From Alphaproteobacteria bacterium (GTDB lineage: Bacteria > Pseudomonadota > Alphaproteobacteria > GCA-2731375), in NCBI GenBank assembly GCA_965225945.1, contig CBDDBZ010000039.1, positions 96,001-160,000 of the forward strand: a stretch of 64,000 nt of DNA. The letters run 5' to 3'. Below, piece by piece: positions 10,216-22,212 of this stretch. Numbering within the stretch: position 1 is the first letter of the stretch; every line of letters starts with the position of its first letter. The notes under the pieces are model-generated. The model had not been told where the DNA came from. It saw only the letters and a program-made list of their open reading frames with translations, and ran no database searches. A program made the translations under genes and the position numbers.

Positions 10216-11121
10216 CTAGCGGTTCGAGGCCGTGGGCGCGAAGTCGCTCGCCCGCTCGTCGCGCTCGGTGCTGGCCAGCTCGCTCGCCGGATCGCCGGCG
10301 ACGCGGGTGTGGCGCAAGACCCGGGCCTCGTTATAGTCGTAAGGGCAGGCCCGGTGCAGCACGCAGCGATTGTCCCAGATCACCACGTCACCCGGCCGCC
10401 AGGCATGGCTGTAGGTCCTGGGCGGCTGGCAGGCGAAGATCAGCAGGTCGTCCAACAGCGCCTGGGCCTCGGCGTCGTCCATTCCCGGAATGCGGTAGGC
10501 GTGGCGGCCGATGAAGAGCGACTTGCGCCCGGTCACGGGATGGGTCTTCACCAGCGGGCGCAACGGCGCGCCCTTGGTGTGGTAGCCGTAACCGTCGCCG
10601 GTCTTGAATTCGTAGCCGAACTTGACCTGGCTCTGGTACAGCGAGTGATAGGCCGAAAGGTCGGCGATGCGCGCCTTTCGGATATCGTCGAGTTCGTCCC
10701 AGGCGGCCCGCATGTCGGCCAGTCCCGTCTCGCCGCCGATCGAGGGCACGACCTGGGCCGACAGGATCGAGGCCTTGGCCGCGAGCGGCATGTAGGAGCT
10801 GTCGGTGTGCCAGCCCTCGTTGCCGCGGAGCTGCTTGTAGCGTTGCTCGTCCGGTTGCAGGAGGGTTCCGTCCGGCTTCCGGTTGCTCACCGAGACGGCC
10901 TTGATCTCGGGGTCGTCCCTGAGCAGCTCCATCTCGCCGAAGCGCAGCGCGAAGGCGATCTGCGCTGCGTCGTCTAGATGCTGCTCCGGGAAGATCAGCG
11001 CGGCGTATTCATGAAAGGCATCCTCGACGCTTTGCCACGTGGCCTCGTCCAATTGGGCGAGGTCGATATCGGTGATGGTGGCGCCGAAGGTGGCGTCGAG
11101 GGGCGTGATGGTCGGTTCCAT
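10216..11121 (-). CDS. TauD/TfdA-family Fe(II)/2-oxoglutarate dioxygenase
   Basis: WHTDSSY (HxD), WRPGDVVIWDNRCVLHR. Confidence 0.9.
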   Translation of the reverse strand: MEPTITPLDATFGATITDIDLAQLDEATWQSVEDAFHEYAALIFPEQHLDDAAQIAFALRFGEMELLRDDPEIKAVSVSNRKPDGTLLQPDEQRYKQLRGNEGWHTDSSYMPLAAKASILSAQVVPSIGGETGLADMRAAWDELDDIRKARIADLSAYHSLYQSQVKFGYEFKTGDGYGYHTKGAPLRPLVKTHPVTGRKSLFIGRHAYRIPGMDDAEAQALLDDLLIFACQPPRTYSHAWRPGDVVIWDNRCVLHRACPYDYNEARVLRHTRVAGDPASELASTERDERASDFAPTASNR

Positions 11122-11376
11122 GAGGCGCTCCTGACCAGGGGGTTCGGCGACGGCGGGGCCCGCCGCCGCGCTCTCGCCGGGTTGGTAGCATAGTATGGCG
11201 AGGGAGGCGTGGTGAAGGCAAGTTCAGACGCTGTCGCGCGCGCGGCGGAAATCGTCCTGAAAGCTGGCGAAGCCGTGGCCATTACCAAGCGCCGCCTCGG
11301 GCTGGTCGGCGACGCGCGGGGCTGCTATACCGCCGCCGTCCTCGGCGCCCGGCGCCGGCGGAAGGGAGCGGTGGAC

Positions 11377-11970
11377 ATGCGCACGGCGAGCCTCGATAGA
11401 GAGACCACAGAGACCAAGATCTCGGTCACGCTGAACCTCGACGGCGACGGCGACCACGACGTCGCCACCGGCATCGGCTTTCTCGACCATATGATGCAAC
11501 AGCTCTCGCGCCACAGCCTGATCGACCTTCGGGTGCGGGCCGAGGGCGACCTGCACATCGACTATCACCACACCACCGAGGACGTCGGCATCGTCATCGG
11601 CGAAGCAGTTGCACGCGCGCTCGGCGAGCGCAAGGGCATCACCCGCTACGGCGATGCCCTGATCCCGATGGACGAGACCCTGACGCGGGTCGCCCTCGAC
11701 CTCTCCGGCCGGCCCTATCTGGTCTGGAAGGTCGAGTTCACCCGGCCGAAGCTGGGCGAGATGGACACCGAATTGTTCCACGAGTGGTTCAAGGCCTTCG
11801 CCCAGGGCGCCGGCGCGACGCTGCATGTCGAGACCCTTTACGGGATCAACAACCACCACATGATCGAGAGCTGCTTCAAGGGCCTGGCGCGGAGCCTCAG
11901 GACGGCGGTGGCGATCGATTCCCGCAAAGCGGACGCCGTGCCCTCGACCAAGGGCAGGCTCGGTGACTGA
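11377..11970 (+). CDS. hisB: Imidazoleglycerol-phosphate dehydratase
   Basis: [39 protein letters not shown]. Confidence 0.96.
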   Translation: MRTASLDRETTETKISVTLNLDGDGDHDVATGIGFLDHMMQQLSRHSLIDLRVRAEGDLHIDYHHTTEDVGIVIGEAVARALGERKGITRYGDALIPMDETLTRVALDLSGRPYLVWKVEFTRPKLGEMDTELFHEWFKAFAQGAGATLHVETLYGINNHHMIESCFKGLARSLRTAVAIDSRKADAVPSTKGRLGD

Positions 11971-11978
11971 GGGCGCGC

Positions 11979-12434
11979 ATGGCCAGCGTCTACACCGTGC
12001 AGCTTCCGCCGGGCGGCGCCCCGGGCGAGGCGATCCTGATCGCCGAGGGCTTCTCCGGGCCGGCGCTGCTGAGCGGGCCCGTCTGGCTGATCTGGAACCA
12101 GGCCTGGTACGGCCTGCTCGCCTATTCGGCCGTCGGGCTGGCCCTGGCGGGCATCTGGAGCGCGATCGATCCCGCGAGCCACGCCCTCCTGGTGCTCGGT
12201 TTCCTCTGGCTGGTCGGCGCCAGCGCGAACGATTGGCTGCGGCGGGAATGGTCGCGCCGGGGCTGGCGCATGGTCGATCTGGTGCTCGCCGGCAACCGGA
12301 CCCAGGCCCTGATCATCCATCTCGGACGCTCCGCGCGTGATCACAGGTCCGCCGCGCCACCGCCTGAGGCGACGCCTCGTCGCGCCTTGTCCGTCGGCGG
12401 CTCGGCCACACCGCTCGCGCCCTGGTCGCCATGA
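11979..12434 (+). CDS. DUF2628-like membrane protein
   Basis: [15 protein letters not shown], hydrophobic segments, position between hisB and hisH. Confidence 0.6.
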   Translation: MASVYTVQLPPGGAPGEAILIAEGFSGPALLSGPVWLIWNQAWYGLLAYSAVGLALAGIWSAIDPASHALLVLGFLWLVGASANDWLRREWSRRGWRMVDLVLAGNRTQALIIHLGRSARDHRSAAPPPEATPRRALSVGGSATPLAPWSP

Positions 12435-13078
12435 GCGATTCCGTCGCCATCGTCGACTATGGCTCGGGCAACCTGCGCTCCGCCGCCAAGGCCTTCGAGC
12501 GGGCGGCGCAGGACCTGCCGCTTTCGGTGATCGTCACTTCCGAACCGGAGCTGGTGGCGGCGGCGCGTTGGATCGTGCTGCCCGGCGTCGGCGCCTTCGC
12601 CGATTGCCGGCGCGGGCTCGCCGCCGTCGATGGGCTGGAGGCGGCGCTCCGCGAAGCGGTGATCGCGCGCGCTCGGCCCTTCCTCGGCATCTGCGTCGGC
12701 ATGCAGCTCATGGCGCGGCGGGGCTTGGAGCACGGCGTGCACGAGGGGCTCGGCTGGATCGACGGCGAGGTGGCGGCGCTCCGGCCCCAGGACCCGGGCT
12801 TGAAGATCCCGCACATGGGATGGAACGACCTCGCCTTTCCCGCTGGCCCCCGTCATCCGGTCTTCGCCGGCATCGCCCAGGGTCGCCATGTCTACTTCGT
12901 GCATGGCTACGGGTTTCGAAGCGTCATCCCCGAGCAAGTGTTGGCGGTGGTCGATTACGGTGGCCCGCTGGTCGCCGCCGTCGGGCGCGACAATCTGATC
13001 GGGACCCAATTCCACCCCGAGAAGAGCCAGGCCGTGGGCCTCCGCCTGATCGCTGGCTTCCTCGCCTGGAAACCCTGA
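12431..13078 (+). CDS. hisH: Imidazole glycerol phosphate synthase, glutamine amidotransferase subunit
   Basis: [30 protein letters not shown]. Confidence 0.96.
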   Translation: MSDSVAIVDYGSGNLRSAAKAFERAAQDLPLSVIVTSEPELVAAARWIVLPGVGAFADCRRGLAAVDGLEAALREAVIARARPFLGICVGMQLMARRGLEHGVHEGLGWIDGEVAALRPQDPGLKIPHMGWNDLAFPAGPRHPVFAGIAQGRHVYFVHGYGFRSVIPEQVLAVVDYGGPLVAAVGRDNLIGTQFHPEKSQAVGLRLIAGFLAWKP

Positions 13079-13121
13079 GGTGAGCACGGCTCGACGCGGC
13101 CGGGCCGGGCCGCCACCTTGG

Positions 13122-13262
13122 CTAGAGCAATATCCAAACGGATCGAACCGGTGCGGTTCGATCCGTTTGGATAAAATTGCTCTATTCTTCAATAAGATAG
13201 AGCAGCTTTATCCGCCGGTTGGATCGCTGAAAGCGATTCCAACCGGACGGATGCTGCTCTAG
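13122..13262. repeat. 141-bp CTAG-bounded double-hairpin element (RIME/MITE-like)
   Basis: CTAGAGC...GCTCTAG ends; two long hairpins separated by an AT-rich linker. Confidence 0.8.
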
Positions 13263-13276
13263 TGGGGGGCGCGGCG

Positions 13277-14013
13277 ATGATCCTCTATCCGGCGATCGAT
13301 CTGAAGGAGGGCCGCTGCGTCCGCCTGGTCCGGGGCGAGATGGCGCGCGCGACCACCTTCAACGACGATCCCGCCGACCAGGCCCGCACCTTCGCCGCCG
13401 CCGGCTTCGCGCGGCTGCACCTGGTGGACCTGAACGGCGCCTTCGCCGGCCGGCCGGTGAACGCCCGGGCGGTCGAGGCGGTGCTGGCGGCGGTCGAAGT
13501 GCCGACCCAGCTCGGCGGCGGCATCCGCGACGCGGCGAGCGCGGAGGCCTGGCTCGCGGCTGGTATCGACCGGGTGATCCTCGGCACCCTCGCCTTGGAA
13601 GCGCCGGAATTGGTGACGGCGCTCGCGCGGCGCCATCCGGGCCGGATCGCCGTCGCCATCGATGCGCGCGACGGCAAGGTCGCGGTGGCCGGCTGGGCGC
13701 GGCAATCGGGGGTGCCGGCGATCGACCTCGCGCGCCGCTTCGAGGACGCGGGCGCCGCGGCCATCATCTATACCGACATCGAGCGCGACGGCGTCTTGGG
13801 CGGCCTCGACGTCGCCGGCACCGTGGCCCTGGCGGAAGCGATTTCGACGCCCGTCATCGCCTCCGGCGGGGTTGGCGGCATCGAGGATCTCCGCCGCCTG
13901 AAGGAGGTGGAAGGCGCCGGCATCGAGGGCGTGATCGTCGGCCGGGCGCTCTACGACGGACGGCTCGAGGCGAAGGCGGCGCTGGCGCTTCTCGAGGGCG
14001 AGGGGGCGCGGGC

Positions 14014-14020
<7 letters not shown>
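13277..14020 (+). CDS. hisA: ProFAR isomerase
   Basis: [38 protein letters not shown]. Confidence 0.96.
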
Positions 14021-14780
<760 letters not shown>

Positions 14781-14781
<1 letters not shown>

Positions 14782-15284
14782 TGCGCTCGCTCGTGCTCTT
14801 CCGCCATGCCCGGGCCGCGCCGGTGGTCGGCCCGGAGGATCACGCGCGAGCGCTCGGCGCGGCCGGCCGGCGGGCGGCGGCGGCGATGGGCCGGCGTCTC
14901 GCGGCGCTCGAAATCCGGCCCGATCGGGTGCTCTGCTCCAGCGCGCTACGCGCCATCGAGAGCTGGGAAGAGGCGCGCGAGGCCTGGGCCGAGCCGCCGC
15001 CGGTGACCGAGGCGCGGGCCCTCTATCTCGCCGATGCGGGCGATCTGCTCGAAATGATCAGGGAGGTTGAGGCCGGTGCCGAGACGCTCATGCTGGTTGG
15101 CCACAATCCGGGGATCCACCAGTTCGCGCTCGCGCTCATCGCCGAGGGCGAGGCGGACGCGCTGGCCCGGCTCGGGCGAGGCTTCCCGGCGGGCGCCGTC
15201 GCCGTGTTCGATTTCGCGATCCTGGACTGGCGCGGGATCGACGGCGGCAGCCGTTTGCGGCATTTCCTCGCGCCGGAAGGATAA
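14781..15284 (+). CDS. SixA-like histidine phosphatase
   Basis: LFRHARA, CSSALRA, LVGHNPG; TGATG overlap with hisF. Confidence 0.8.
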
Positions 15285-15338
15285 GTGCCGCCGCGCATCG
15301 CTGTTCCCGCGCCGGGCGGTCTCGACTAGACTCCGCCC

Positions 15339-17099
15339 ATGACCGAGGGCACCGAGCGCAAACTGGCGGCCATCGTTTCCGCCGACGTCGCCGGCTACAG
15401 CCGCCTGATGGGGCTAGACGAGGAAGGCACCTTGGCGGCGTTGAAGGCGCACCGCGCCGCCGTCGATCCGGTGATCTACAGCCATGGCGGCCGTATCGTG
15501 AAAACCACGGGCGACGGCCTGCTGATCGAGTATCCGACGGTGATTTCCGCGGTTCGGGCGAGCCTCGCCACCCAGCGCAGCATGGCGGAGCGCGACGCCA
15601 TGCTGCCCGACGACCGCCGCATGCGGTTTCGCATCGGCGTCCATGTCGGCGAAGTGATGGTCGACGACGACGATATCTTCGGCGACACGGTGAATATCGC
15701 CGCGCGATTGCAGGAACGGGCCGAACCGGGGGGCATCGCCCTCTCGGGCGCGGCGCGCGACGCGACTCATCGCCAGGTCGACGCGGCCATGATCGATCTC
15801 GGTCCTCAAGCGCTCAAGAACATCGCGGAAGACGTCCAGGTCTGGCGAATCGACATGGACGATACCCAGCAGGCAGGCCTCAGGGCGGCGGCGGCCCGGC
15901 CCGAGCGGGAACGCTCGGCGATCGCCGTGCTGCCCTTCGAGAACATGTCGAACGACCCCGAACAGGAATATTTCGTCGACGGCATCACCGAGGATCTGAT
16001 CACCGCCCTGTCGTTGATCCGCGACTTGAAGGTGATCGCCCGCAACTCGACCTTCGCCTACAAGGGCAAGGCCAAGGACGTGAAGTTGATCGCGGCGGAG
16101 CTGGACGCGCGCTATGTCCTGGAGGGGAGCGTGCGCAAGGCCGGCAACCGGGTGCGGATCACCGCGCAGCTGATCGATGCCGACAACGGCCAGCACATGT
16201 GGGCAGAGCGCTTCGACCGGCAGCTCGACGACATCTTCGAACTGCAGGACGAGATCACCGGCAATATCGCCAGCCGCGCCGCGCCGACCCTGCAGCGGAA
16301 CGAAATCGAGCGTGCTCGACGGCGGCCGACCAGCGATCTCGACACCTGGGACATCTACCTTCGCATGCTCCACCACTACCACCGCACGTCGAAGGACGAC
16401 GTTCTGACCGCGATGGAGCTCTGCGAGCGGATCAAGGCCCGCGATCCCGACTTCGCGCCCGCCTACTATTTCGGCGCGCTACTGGTGATGTTCGGGGCTC
16501 AACAGCGCTACATCGCACTCTCGCCCGTGGTCTGGCGGGACATGCTGACGAACGTCGAGCAAGGGGTGGCGTTGGCTGGCGACGACTTCCTCGCCCACGC
16601 GATCCTCGCCTTCGCCTATGCCTTCTCTGGCCGACACGAGGAAGCGCTCAACCATGGACGGCAAGCCCTGGATCTGAACTCCTATTCACCCCGCGCCTGG
16701 TTCGCCCTGGGCACCGCGCTCTGGTCGAACGGCGATCACGGTGAGGCGGCAGAACACATGGAGACGGCCTGGCGGCTCGGCACCAACGATCCGGACCGCT
16801 TCCACTGGGCGGCCGTTCTGTCCTTCGTCCACTACCAGTTACGCAACTACGACGCGGCGCTCTCCTGGGCGGAGCAGTGTTTGAAGTTGATGTCCAATCA
16901 TTCCCAAGCCATCGGCTGCCGCGCGGCGGCGCTGGCGCAGTTGGGCCGCGTCGACGAGGCGCGAGCGGCCCTGGTGCCCTTCGAGGAGCGCTTCCCCGGC
17001 ACGTCGGCCTCGCGACACTTGCGCAACTTCGGCTGGCGTCTGCAAGAGGATCTCGACCACTATCGCGACGGTTTGGTCAAGGCGGGCCTGCGGGCGTGA
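15339..17099 (+). CDS. Class III adenylate/guanylate cyclase with TolB-like and TPR domains
   Basis: ERKLAAIVSADVAGYSRLM, GDTVNIAARLQ, IAVLPFENMS, C-terminal TPRs. Confidence 0.9.
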   Translation: MTEGTERKLAAIVSADVAGYSRLMGLDEEGTLAALKAHRAAVDPVIYSHGGRIVKTTGDGLLIEYPTVISAVRASLATQRSMAERDAMLPDDRRMRFRIGVHVGEVMVDDDDIFGDTVNIAARLQERAEPGGIALSGAARDATHRQVDAAMIDLGPQALKNIAEDVQVWRIDMDDTQQAGLRAAAARPERERSAIAVLPFENMSNDPEQEYFVDGITEDLITALSLIRDLKVIARNSTFAYKGKAKDVKLIAAELDARYVLEGSVRKAGNRVRITAQLIDADNGQHMWAERFDRQLDDIFELQDEITGNIASRAAPTLQRNEIERARRRPTSDLDTWDIYLRMLHHYHRTSKDDVLTAMELCERIKARDPDFAPAYYFGALLVMFGAQQRYIALSPVVWRDMLTNVEQGVALAGDDFLAHAILAFAYAFSGRHEEALNHGRQALDLNSYSPRAWFALGTALWSNGDHGEAAEHMETAWRLGTNDPDRFHWAAVLSFVHYQLRNYDAALSWAEQCLKLMSNHSQAIGCRAAALAQLGRVDEARAALVPFEERFPGTSASRHLRNFGWRLQEDLDHYRDGLVKAGLRA

Positions 17100-17168
17100 C
17101 GCCGTAGCCGCCGCGCTCAGGCCTCCACATCACCCGTGATGGTCGCCGCCTCTCGTCGCGCCGCCGCG

Positions 17169-18113
17169 TCAGCCGCCGGCCCGGGCCATGATCTCCTCGC
17201 CGATGTGGTCGATCCGCTCCAGGCTGGCGGCAAGCGACGTCGCGCGGATGTCGAAGATCAACTCGGAGACGCCGAGCCCCTCGTAGGCGTGGATGTCCTC
17301 GATCACGTCGTCCGGCCCGCCGGAGAAGGGCCGCCGCTCGCCGGGCGCGTCGCGCAGGCCCGGGTCGTAGAGCGGCGCCTTGAAGGAAATCGTCAGCGTG
17401 TCGAAATCGCGCCCCTCGCCCTCGCAAGCTTGCTTCAGCTCGCTGACCAAGGAGGCGAATTCGGCGGGCGCGAGCGGCACCGCCCGGGTGGCGCCGACGG
17501 GATGCCAGCCGTCGCCGTGCCGTGCCGCGCGGCGGATGGCGGCGCGGCTGTGGCCGCCGATCCAGATCGGCGGATGGGGTTTCTGCACCGGATGGGGTAG
17601 GCAGCTGAGCGGGGCGAAAGAATAGAACTCGCCCTCGTAGGACGCGGGATCCCGGGTCCAGAGCGCCTTGAAGATCTCGATGTATTCGTCGCTCGCCTTG
17701 CCGCGGGCGTGGAAATCGGGGGACCGGAGCGCCTCGAACTCCTCCTTCATCCAGCCGACCCCGACGCCCACCGTGACCCGGCCCCCCGAGAGCACGTCGA
17801 TGGTGGCCAGCGCCTTCGCCGTCAGCAGCGGGTTGCGGTAGGGAATTACCATGACGCTGGTGACCAGGCGCAGACGATCGGTATGCGCGGCGATGAAGCT
17901 CATCAGCGCCATCTGCTCCAGCGCATCGCCATGGCCGGGGAAGGCGCCATCGACGGTATAGGGATAAGGCGAGTTGATCTCGACGGGGAAGACCACATGG
18001 TCGGCGATCATCACCGAATGAAAGCCCTTCGCCTCGGCGCGGCGGACCAGAGCGGCCAGCGCCTCGGGCGTGGCGTTCTCGCCCCGCGTCGGCAGATAGA
18101 ATCCGTACTTCAC
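17169..18113 (-). CDS. LLM-class (putative F420-dependent) oxidoreductase
   Basis: ADHVVFP, LSGGRVTVGVGVGWMKEEF, PVQKPHPPIWIGG; GTG start with GGAGG RBS. Confidence 0.88.
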   Translation of the reverse strand: MKYGFYLPTRGENATPEALAALVRRAEAKGFHSVMIADHVVFPVEINSPYPYTVDGAFPGHGDALEQMALMSFIAAHTDRLRLVTSVMVIPYRNPLLTAKALATIDVLSGGRVTVGVGVGWMKEEFEALRSPDFHARGKASDEYIEIFKALWTRDPASYEGEFYSFAPLSCLPHPVQKPHPPIWIGGHSRAAIRRAARHGDGWHPVGATRAVPLAPAEFASLVSELKQACEGEGRDFDTLTISFKAPLYDPGLRDAPGERRPFSGGPDDVIEDIHAYEGLGVSELIFDIRATSLAASLERIDHIGEEIMARAGG

Positions 18114-18338
18114 TCGGCGTCCTCCCCGTCCCCTCGCCCGATGGCACTCTACCCCCGAAGGCGCCAGGGGCGCGATAGACACGGCCACCAGGCCGGCTGA
18201 GAGCGCCAGTATTGGGGCGACGAAGTGGTGCGCTCGCCGCATCGCCGAGCGTCCAGCAGTCGGCCGATGCGGGCTTGCTCGACACCGTGAGGGGAGGTCA
18301 TCCGAGAGCGCGACCCCCTCAGCCTCGTTTCCGAGCCC

Positions 18339-19201
18339 TCAGAAGGGCCTCGAGCCGTTCACTGTAGTGCGGTACATCAGGCGGCGCTGCGGCAGCTCGT
18401 AGTCGCGAACCGCGATATGCTGGACCGCACAATTGTCCCATATCAGCAAGTCGCCGCCGTGCCACTTGTGGCGATAAATAAATTCCGGGCGCGTGCAACG
18501 CTCGGAGAGCTGCTTTATCAGGGTCAAGCTTTCCGTGTCCGCCATGCCGACGATACCAACGCACTCCCCCTCGCGGACGTAGATGCATTTTCGCCCCGTG
18601 ACCGGATGGATGCGAACCATCGGATGGACGACGTCCGGGTGGCGGTCGACTTGTTCGGCACTGAGTTCGACGGCCTTCTCGAAGCCTCTGGGCTTGGCGC
18701 TGAAGCGGTGTACGGCCTGGAGGCCTTCGAGCCGCCGCTTCTCCGCCGTCGGCAACGAGTCATAGGCTGCCGCCACGCTGGCTGAAGAGCGTGTCTCCGC
18801 GCACCTCGCCATCGACTTCCGGCACTTCGCACTTCGCGCGCAAGGAGCATTGTGCACCGTGGCGGCGTGGCCGTGTACGACATGTCGCTGTGCCAATGGC
18901 TGCCGGCGTCGCCATAGCCGATGTTCCTGCCGTCTTCGACGACGTTGGAAACGACGAGGATTTCCGGATATCCCTCGAGGGCGTATTTGTCGAACGCGTT
19001 GACCTCGATCTCGCCGAAGCGCCGGCTAAAGCCCAAAAACTGCTCTGGCGTGATGCTTTGATCGCGGATGACGATCACGGCGTGTTCGTTCAGCGCGCCG
19101 TCGATCTGGGCGAAGGTGTCAGCCTCGATCGAGCCGGCGAGAGCGATCCCGGTGATTTTAGCGCCGACAGGAGCGTCGCATTGTCGAACCGTCAGGGTCA
19201 T
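18339..19201 (-). pseudogene. TauD/TfdA dioxygenase with frameshifts
   Basis: N-part WHSDMSY and C-part GDLLIWDNCAVQH in different frames; 7-bp tandem duplication at 18823-18836 and an extra base near 18783. Confidence 0.85.
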
Positions 19202-19343
19202 CGTCCCGCCAAACACCGCCAGCCCACGCCATCCCTGGACGTAGAGCCCTTGCATCGGAATGGACTATTGATCGCTTCGTTCGATCTCCGTCGATGATAA
19301 TACAATCGAAGCAGCGCTCCTCGATCATCTGGGGAATGTCGGT

Positions 19344-20150
19344 CTAGGGAGACAGGACCGCCTCCAAGTTCATGGCAACGGCTTTGACGATCTTGAGTGC
19401 GTCGATCGCGCCGCCGGCCTCGCCTTTCTCAAAGTCGCCGTGGGTCGTGGCCATGGCATTGGTGACGTGGGCGAGGCAGGCGATCGGCAGCCCGCGCGCC
19501 GCCGCGAGCGCATAGAGCGCCGCCGATTCCATCTCGATCGCCGCCAGGCCGAGCGCGTTGCCGCGTTCGATCACCTCGGCGGTTTCGCGAAACGGCGCAT
19601 CGGTGGTCCATGTCGCGCCTCTATACACATCCGCTCCGCAATCGGCGATCGCCGCGCCGAGGCGCACCAGTAGGCCGGGGTCGGCGTGGGCGTAATCTTC
19701 CGCCGGCCGATAGTGATAGCTCGTGCCTTCGTCCCTCAAGGCGCGCTCCACGAGGACGAAGTAAGGACGGGGGCCCAAAGGCGCAAGCTCGCCCGAGGAG
19801 GTGATGGAGAGCAAAAGCCGGCAGCCCGAGGTGAACATCTGCTCGGCGACCAATACTGCATAGGGCGCGCCCACCGCACAGCCGACGATTCCGACGCGCC
19901 GGCCGCCGAGTTCGAAGCCGTGCATGGCCGAGTGATAGCAAGCCCAGTCTCCGACCAGCTCGGCCATGCACGTGAGCGTTACATGTCGGACGATGTCGCC
20001 ATCCGGGTCGAGCAGGCAAAGCTCGGGGACGTGCGCCTGCTCGAGCTCCTTCTGCCGCCGCGCCTCTCGCAAGAGCGCGTCAGGTGCAAAGACCGACGGC
20101 GCATCGTGGTCCTTGTGGCGAAGGATGGGTGGGAGGGGCTTATCGTTCAC
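19344..20150 (-). CDS. Nucleoside phosphorylase family protein
   Basis: VGAPYAVLVAEQ, LRDEGTSYHY, WTTDAPFRET, IEMESAALY. Confidence 0.82.
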   Translation of the reverse strand: MNDKPLPPILRHKDHDAPSVFAPDALLREARRQKELEQAHVPELCLLDPDGDIVRHVTLTCMAELVGDWACYHSAMHGFELGGRRVGIVGCAVGAPYAVLVAEQMFTSGCRLLLSITSSGELAPLGPRPYFVLVERALRDEGTSYHYRPAEDYAHADPGLLVRLGAAIADCGADVYRGATWTTDAPFRETAEVIERGNALGLAAIEMESAALYALAAARGLPIACLAHVTNAMATTHGDFEKGEAGGAIDALKIVKAVAMNLEAVLSP

Positions 20151-20441
20151 GAAGATCTCCGGGCAGCGCTGCAACAGATCTAGCAACACATCGCGACAGG
20201 GCATCCGCCGCCAGTATCGCTGCAAGCCTCCTTTGAGTGCGCCCTTCGGCCATCCTCTGCACCCAGCTTCTTGCTGCACGACGATGCTAGCCGGATGATC
20301 GAAATCGATCCAGTTCCATGCCGGACATCTTCATGTGCCATTGACATTCAGGCGCCGGCGCGCCGACTTGCGGGCCGGGTCGGCCCGGGGCAGGATCGGC
20401 CGAGCGGCCACGGCGCACAGCGGCGGACGGGTAGAGCGGAG

Positions 20442-21791
20442 ATGCAACAGGATTCCCGGGGCTTGCCCCTCACCACCAGCAGCCCGGAGGCGGCGGCGCA
20501 CCTGGAGCGGGCGATCGAGAGCTTCAACTATTGGAAGGTCGACGTGATGGACCATCTGGGGGCGGCGCTCGAGGCCGATCCCGATTGCCCCTTCGCGCAC
20601 ACCTTCAAGGGGATCTTCCTGGCCGGCGGCCGGAGCGAGCAATACGCCAGCGTGATCGCGGCTTCCATCGAGGCCGCCCGCCCCGGCCTGGCCGACGTCT
20701 CGGACCGTGAACGGCTCTATTTCGAGGGGCTGGAGCAGGCCGCGGCCGGCCGGCTGATGGACGCGGCGCGGAAATACGAGGCGGTCCTGGACGCCCATCC
20801 GAGCGACCTCTTTGCCCATCGCATAGCGCAGCAGGAGTATTTTTGGATGGGCCGGGCCGAGTGCATGCGCGACATGGTCGAGTTGGCGGCGCCCGCCTGG
20901 GGGGAGGCGACGGCGGACCTCTCCATGTTGCTCTCCTGCCGCGCCTTCGGCAACGAGGAGGCGCTGAATTACCAAGCGGCCGAGCGCCATGGACGCAAGG
21001 CCGTGGAGATGGACCCGAGCGACACCTGGGGCGCGCACGCGATCGCGCACGTGCTGTTGATGCAGGGCCGGTTCGACGAGGGGATCGATTGGCTCGAGGG
21101 GTTGGCGGACAATTGGGAGGGCCGGAACCAGATCGTCCATCACCTCTGGTGGCACCTCTGTCTCTTCCTCTTGGAGAAGGGCGCGCACGACCGCATCTTG
21201 AGCCATTACGACGACTATATCCGCAACCCCGAATCGGCCTTGGTGAAAGCGGTGCCCGACGCCTATATCGACTTGCAGAACTGCGCCTCGTTGCTGCTGC
21301 GGCTCGAACTCCGGGGCGTCGACGTCGGCCCCCGCTGGGAGGCGATCGCCGACGTGGCCGAGGGCCGCCTCGACGATCACGCCAGCCCCTTCACCGATGC
21401 CCACGTGGCGATGATCCTGGCCGCCGCGGGTCGTAATTCGCAGGCCGCCCTGCTGGTCGAATCCATGCTGGCCCGCTCGCTCGACGACGACGGGCCCCTG
21501 GGCGTCGCGCTCGGCCGCGCCGCGATCCCCGGCGCCCGGGCGGCGATTTCGCATCGCAAGGGTGATCACGAGGGCGTGGTGGCCGCCTTGATGGCGGCGC
21601 GCCACGAGTTCCCGGACATGGGCGCCAGTCATGCCCAACGCGACATCTTTTACCAGATGCTGGTCGATTCCTGCCTGAAGTCGGGCCGTGCCGACCTGGT
21701 GGCCACGCTGATCCAGGAGATCGAGCAGATCGGCTTCGCCCAGGTGGACGGCCGCACGCTCTATAGCGACGCGGCCACCGAGGCGAGCTAA
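20442..21791 (+). CDS. Tetratricopeptide repeat protein (TTC38-like)
   Basis: DTWGAHAIAHVLLM, HLWWHLCLF, GASHAQRD. Confidence 0.8.
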   Translation: MQQDSRGLPLTTSSPEAAAHLERAIESFNYWKVDVMDHLGAALEADPDCPFAHTFKGIFLAGGRSEQYASVIAASIEAARPGLADVSDRERLYFEGLEQAAAGRLMDAARKYEAVLDAHPSDLFAHRIAQQEYFWMGRAECMRDMVELAAPAWGEATADLSMLLSCRAFGNEEALNYQAAERHGRKAVEMDPSDTWGAHAIAHVLLMQGRFDEGIDWLEGLADNWEGRNQIVHHLWWHLCLFLLEKGAHDRILSHYDDYIRNPESALVKAVPDAYIDLQNCASLLLRLELRGVDVGPRWEAIADVAEGRLDDHASPFTDAHVAMILAAAGRNSQAALLVESMLARSLDDDGPLGVALGRAAIPGARAAISHRKGDHEGVVAALMAARHEFPDMGASHAQRDIFYQMLVDSCLKSGRADLVATLIQEIEQIGFAQVDGRTLYSDAATEAS

Positions 21792-21798
21792 GGACGCA

Positions 21799-22035
21799 TC
21801 AGGCCCGCGCGCGGGGGCAGTCCGCGCGGGCGCAGGCGGGCGCGGTGGCCTCGACATAGTCGCCACAGCTCGCGCAAGCCACCAGATCGAGGGCCGGATT
21901 GTCCGGGGGCTCGGCGGCCGCCGGCTTCCGCCGACCAGCGCTCTTGGCTACGGCGCGCCCGCGCAGGAACCGGGTGGCGAGTATCACCCCGGCGATCACC
22001 GCCAGGGTCAACAGGATCTTCGATAGACTGAGCAT
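21799..22035 (-). CDS. Small membrane protein with C-terminal Cys cluster
   Basis: N-terminal TM helix; CASC..C...C. Confidence 0.6.
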   Translation of the reverse strand: MLSLSKILLTLAVIAGVILATRFLRGRAVAKSAGRRKPAAAEPPDNPALDLVACASCGDYVEATAPACARADCPRARA

Positions 22036-22212
22036 GGCTAGGCTGCCCGTGCGTCTCGCGTCGAGCGGAGCTTATCGGTTCCGCCGTCCCCGCTCCAGGG
22101 CGGGCTCGCCGGCCCGATCGTCGGGTCTCGAACAGATTTGTGATTTGTTTTCCCGCGACCGGTCCCCAATTATACTGGGCGAGAGCGGAACGGCGCGGAG
22201 AAAGGGGCGACC

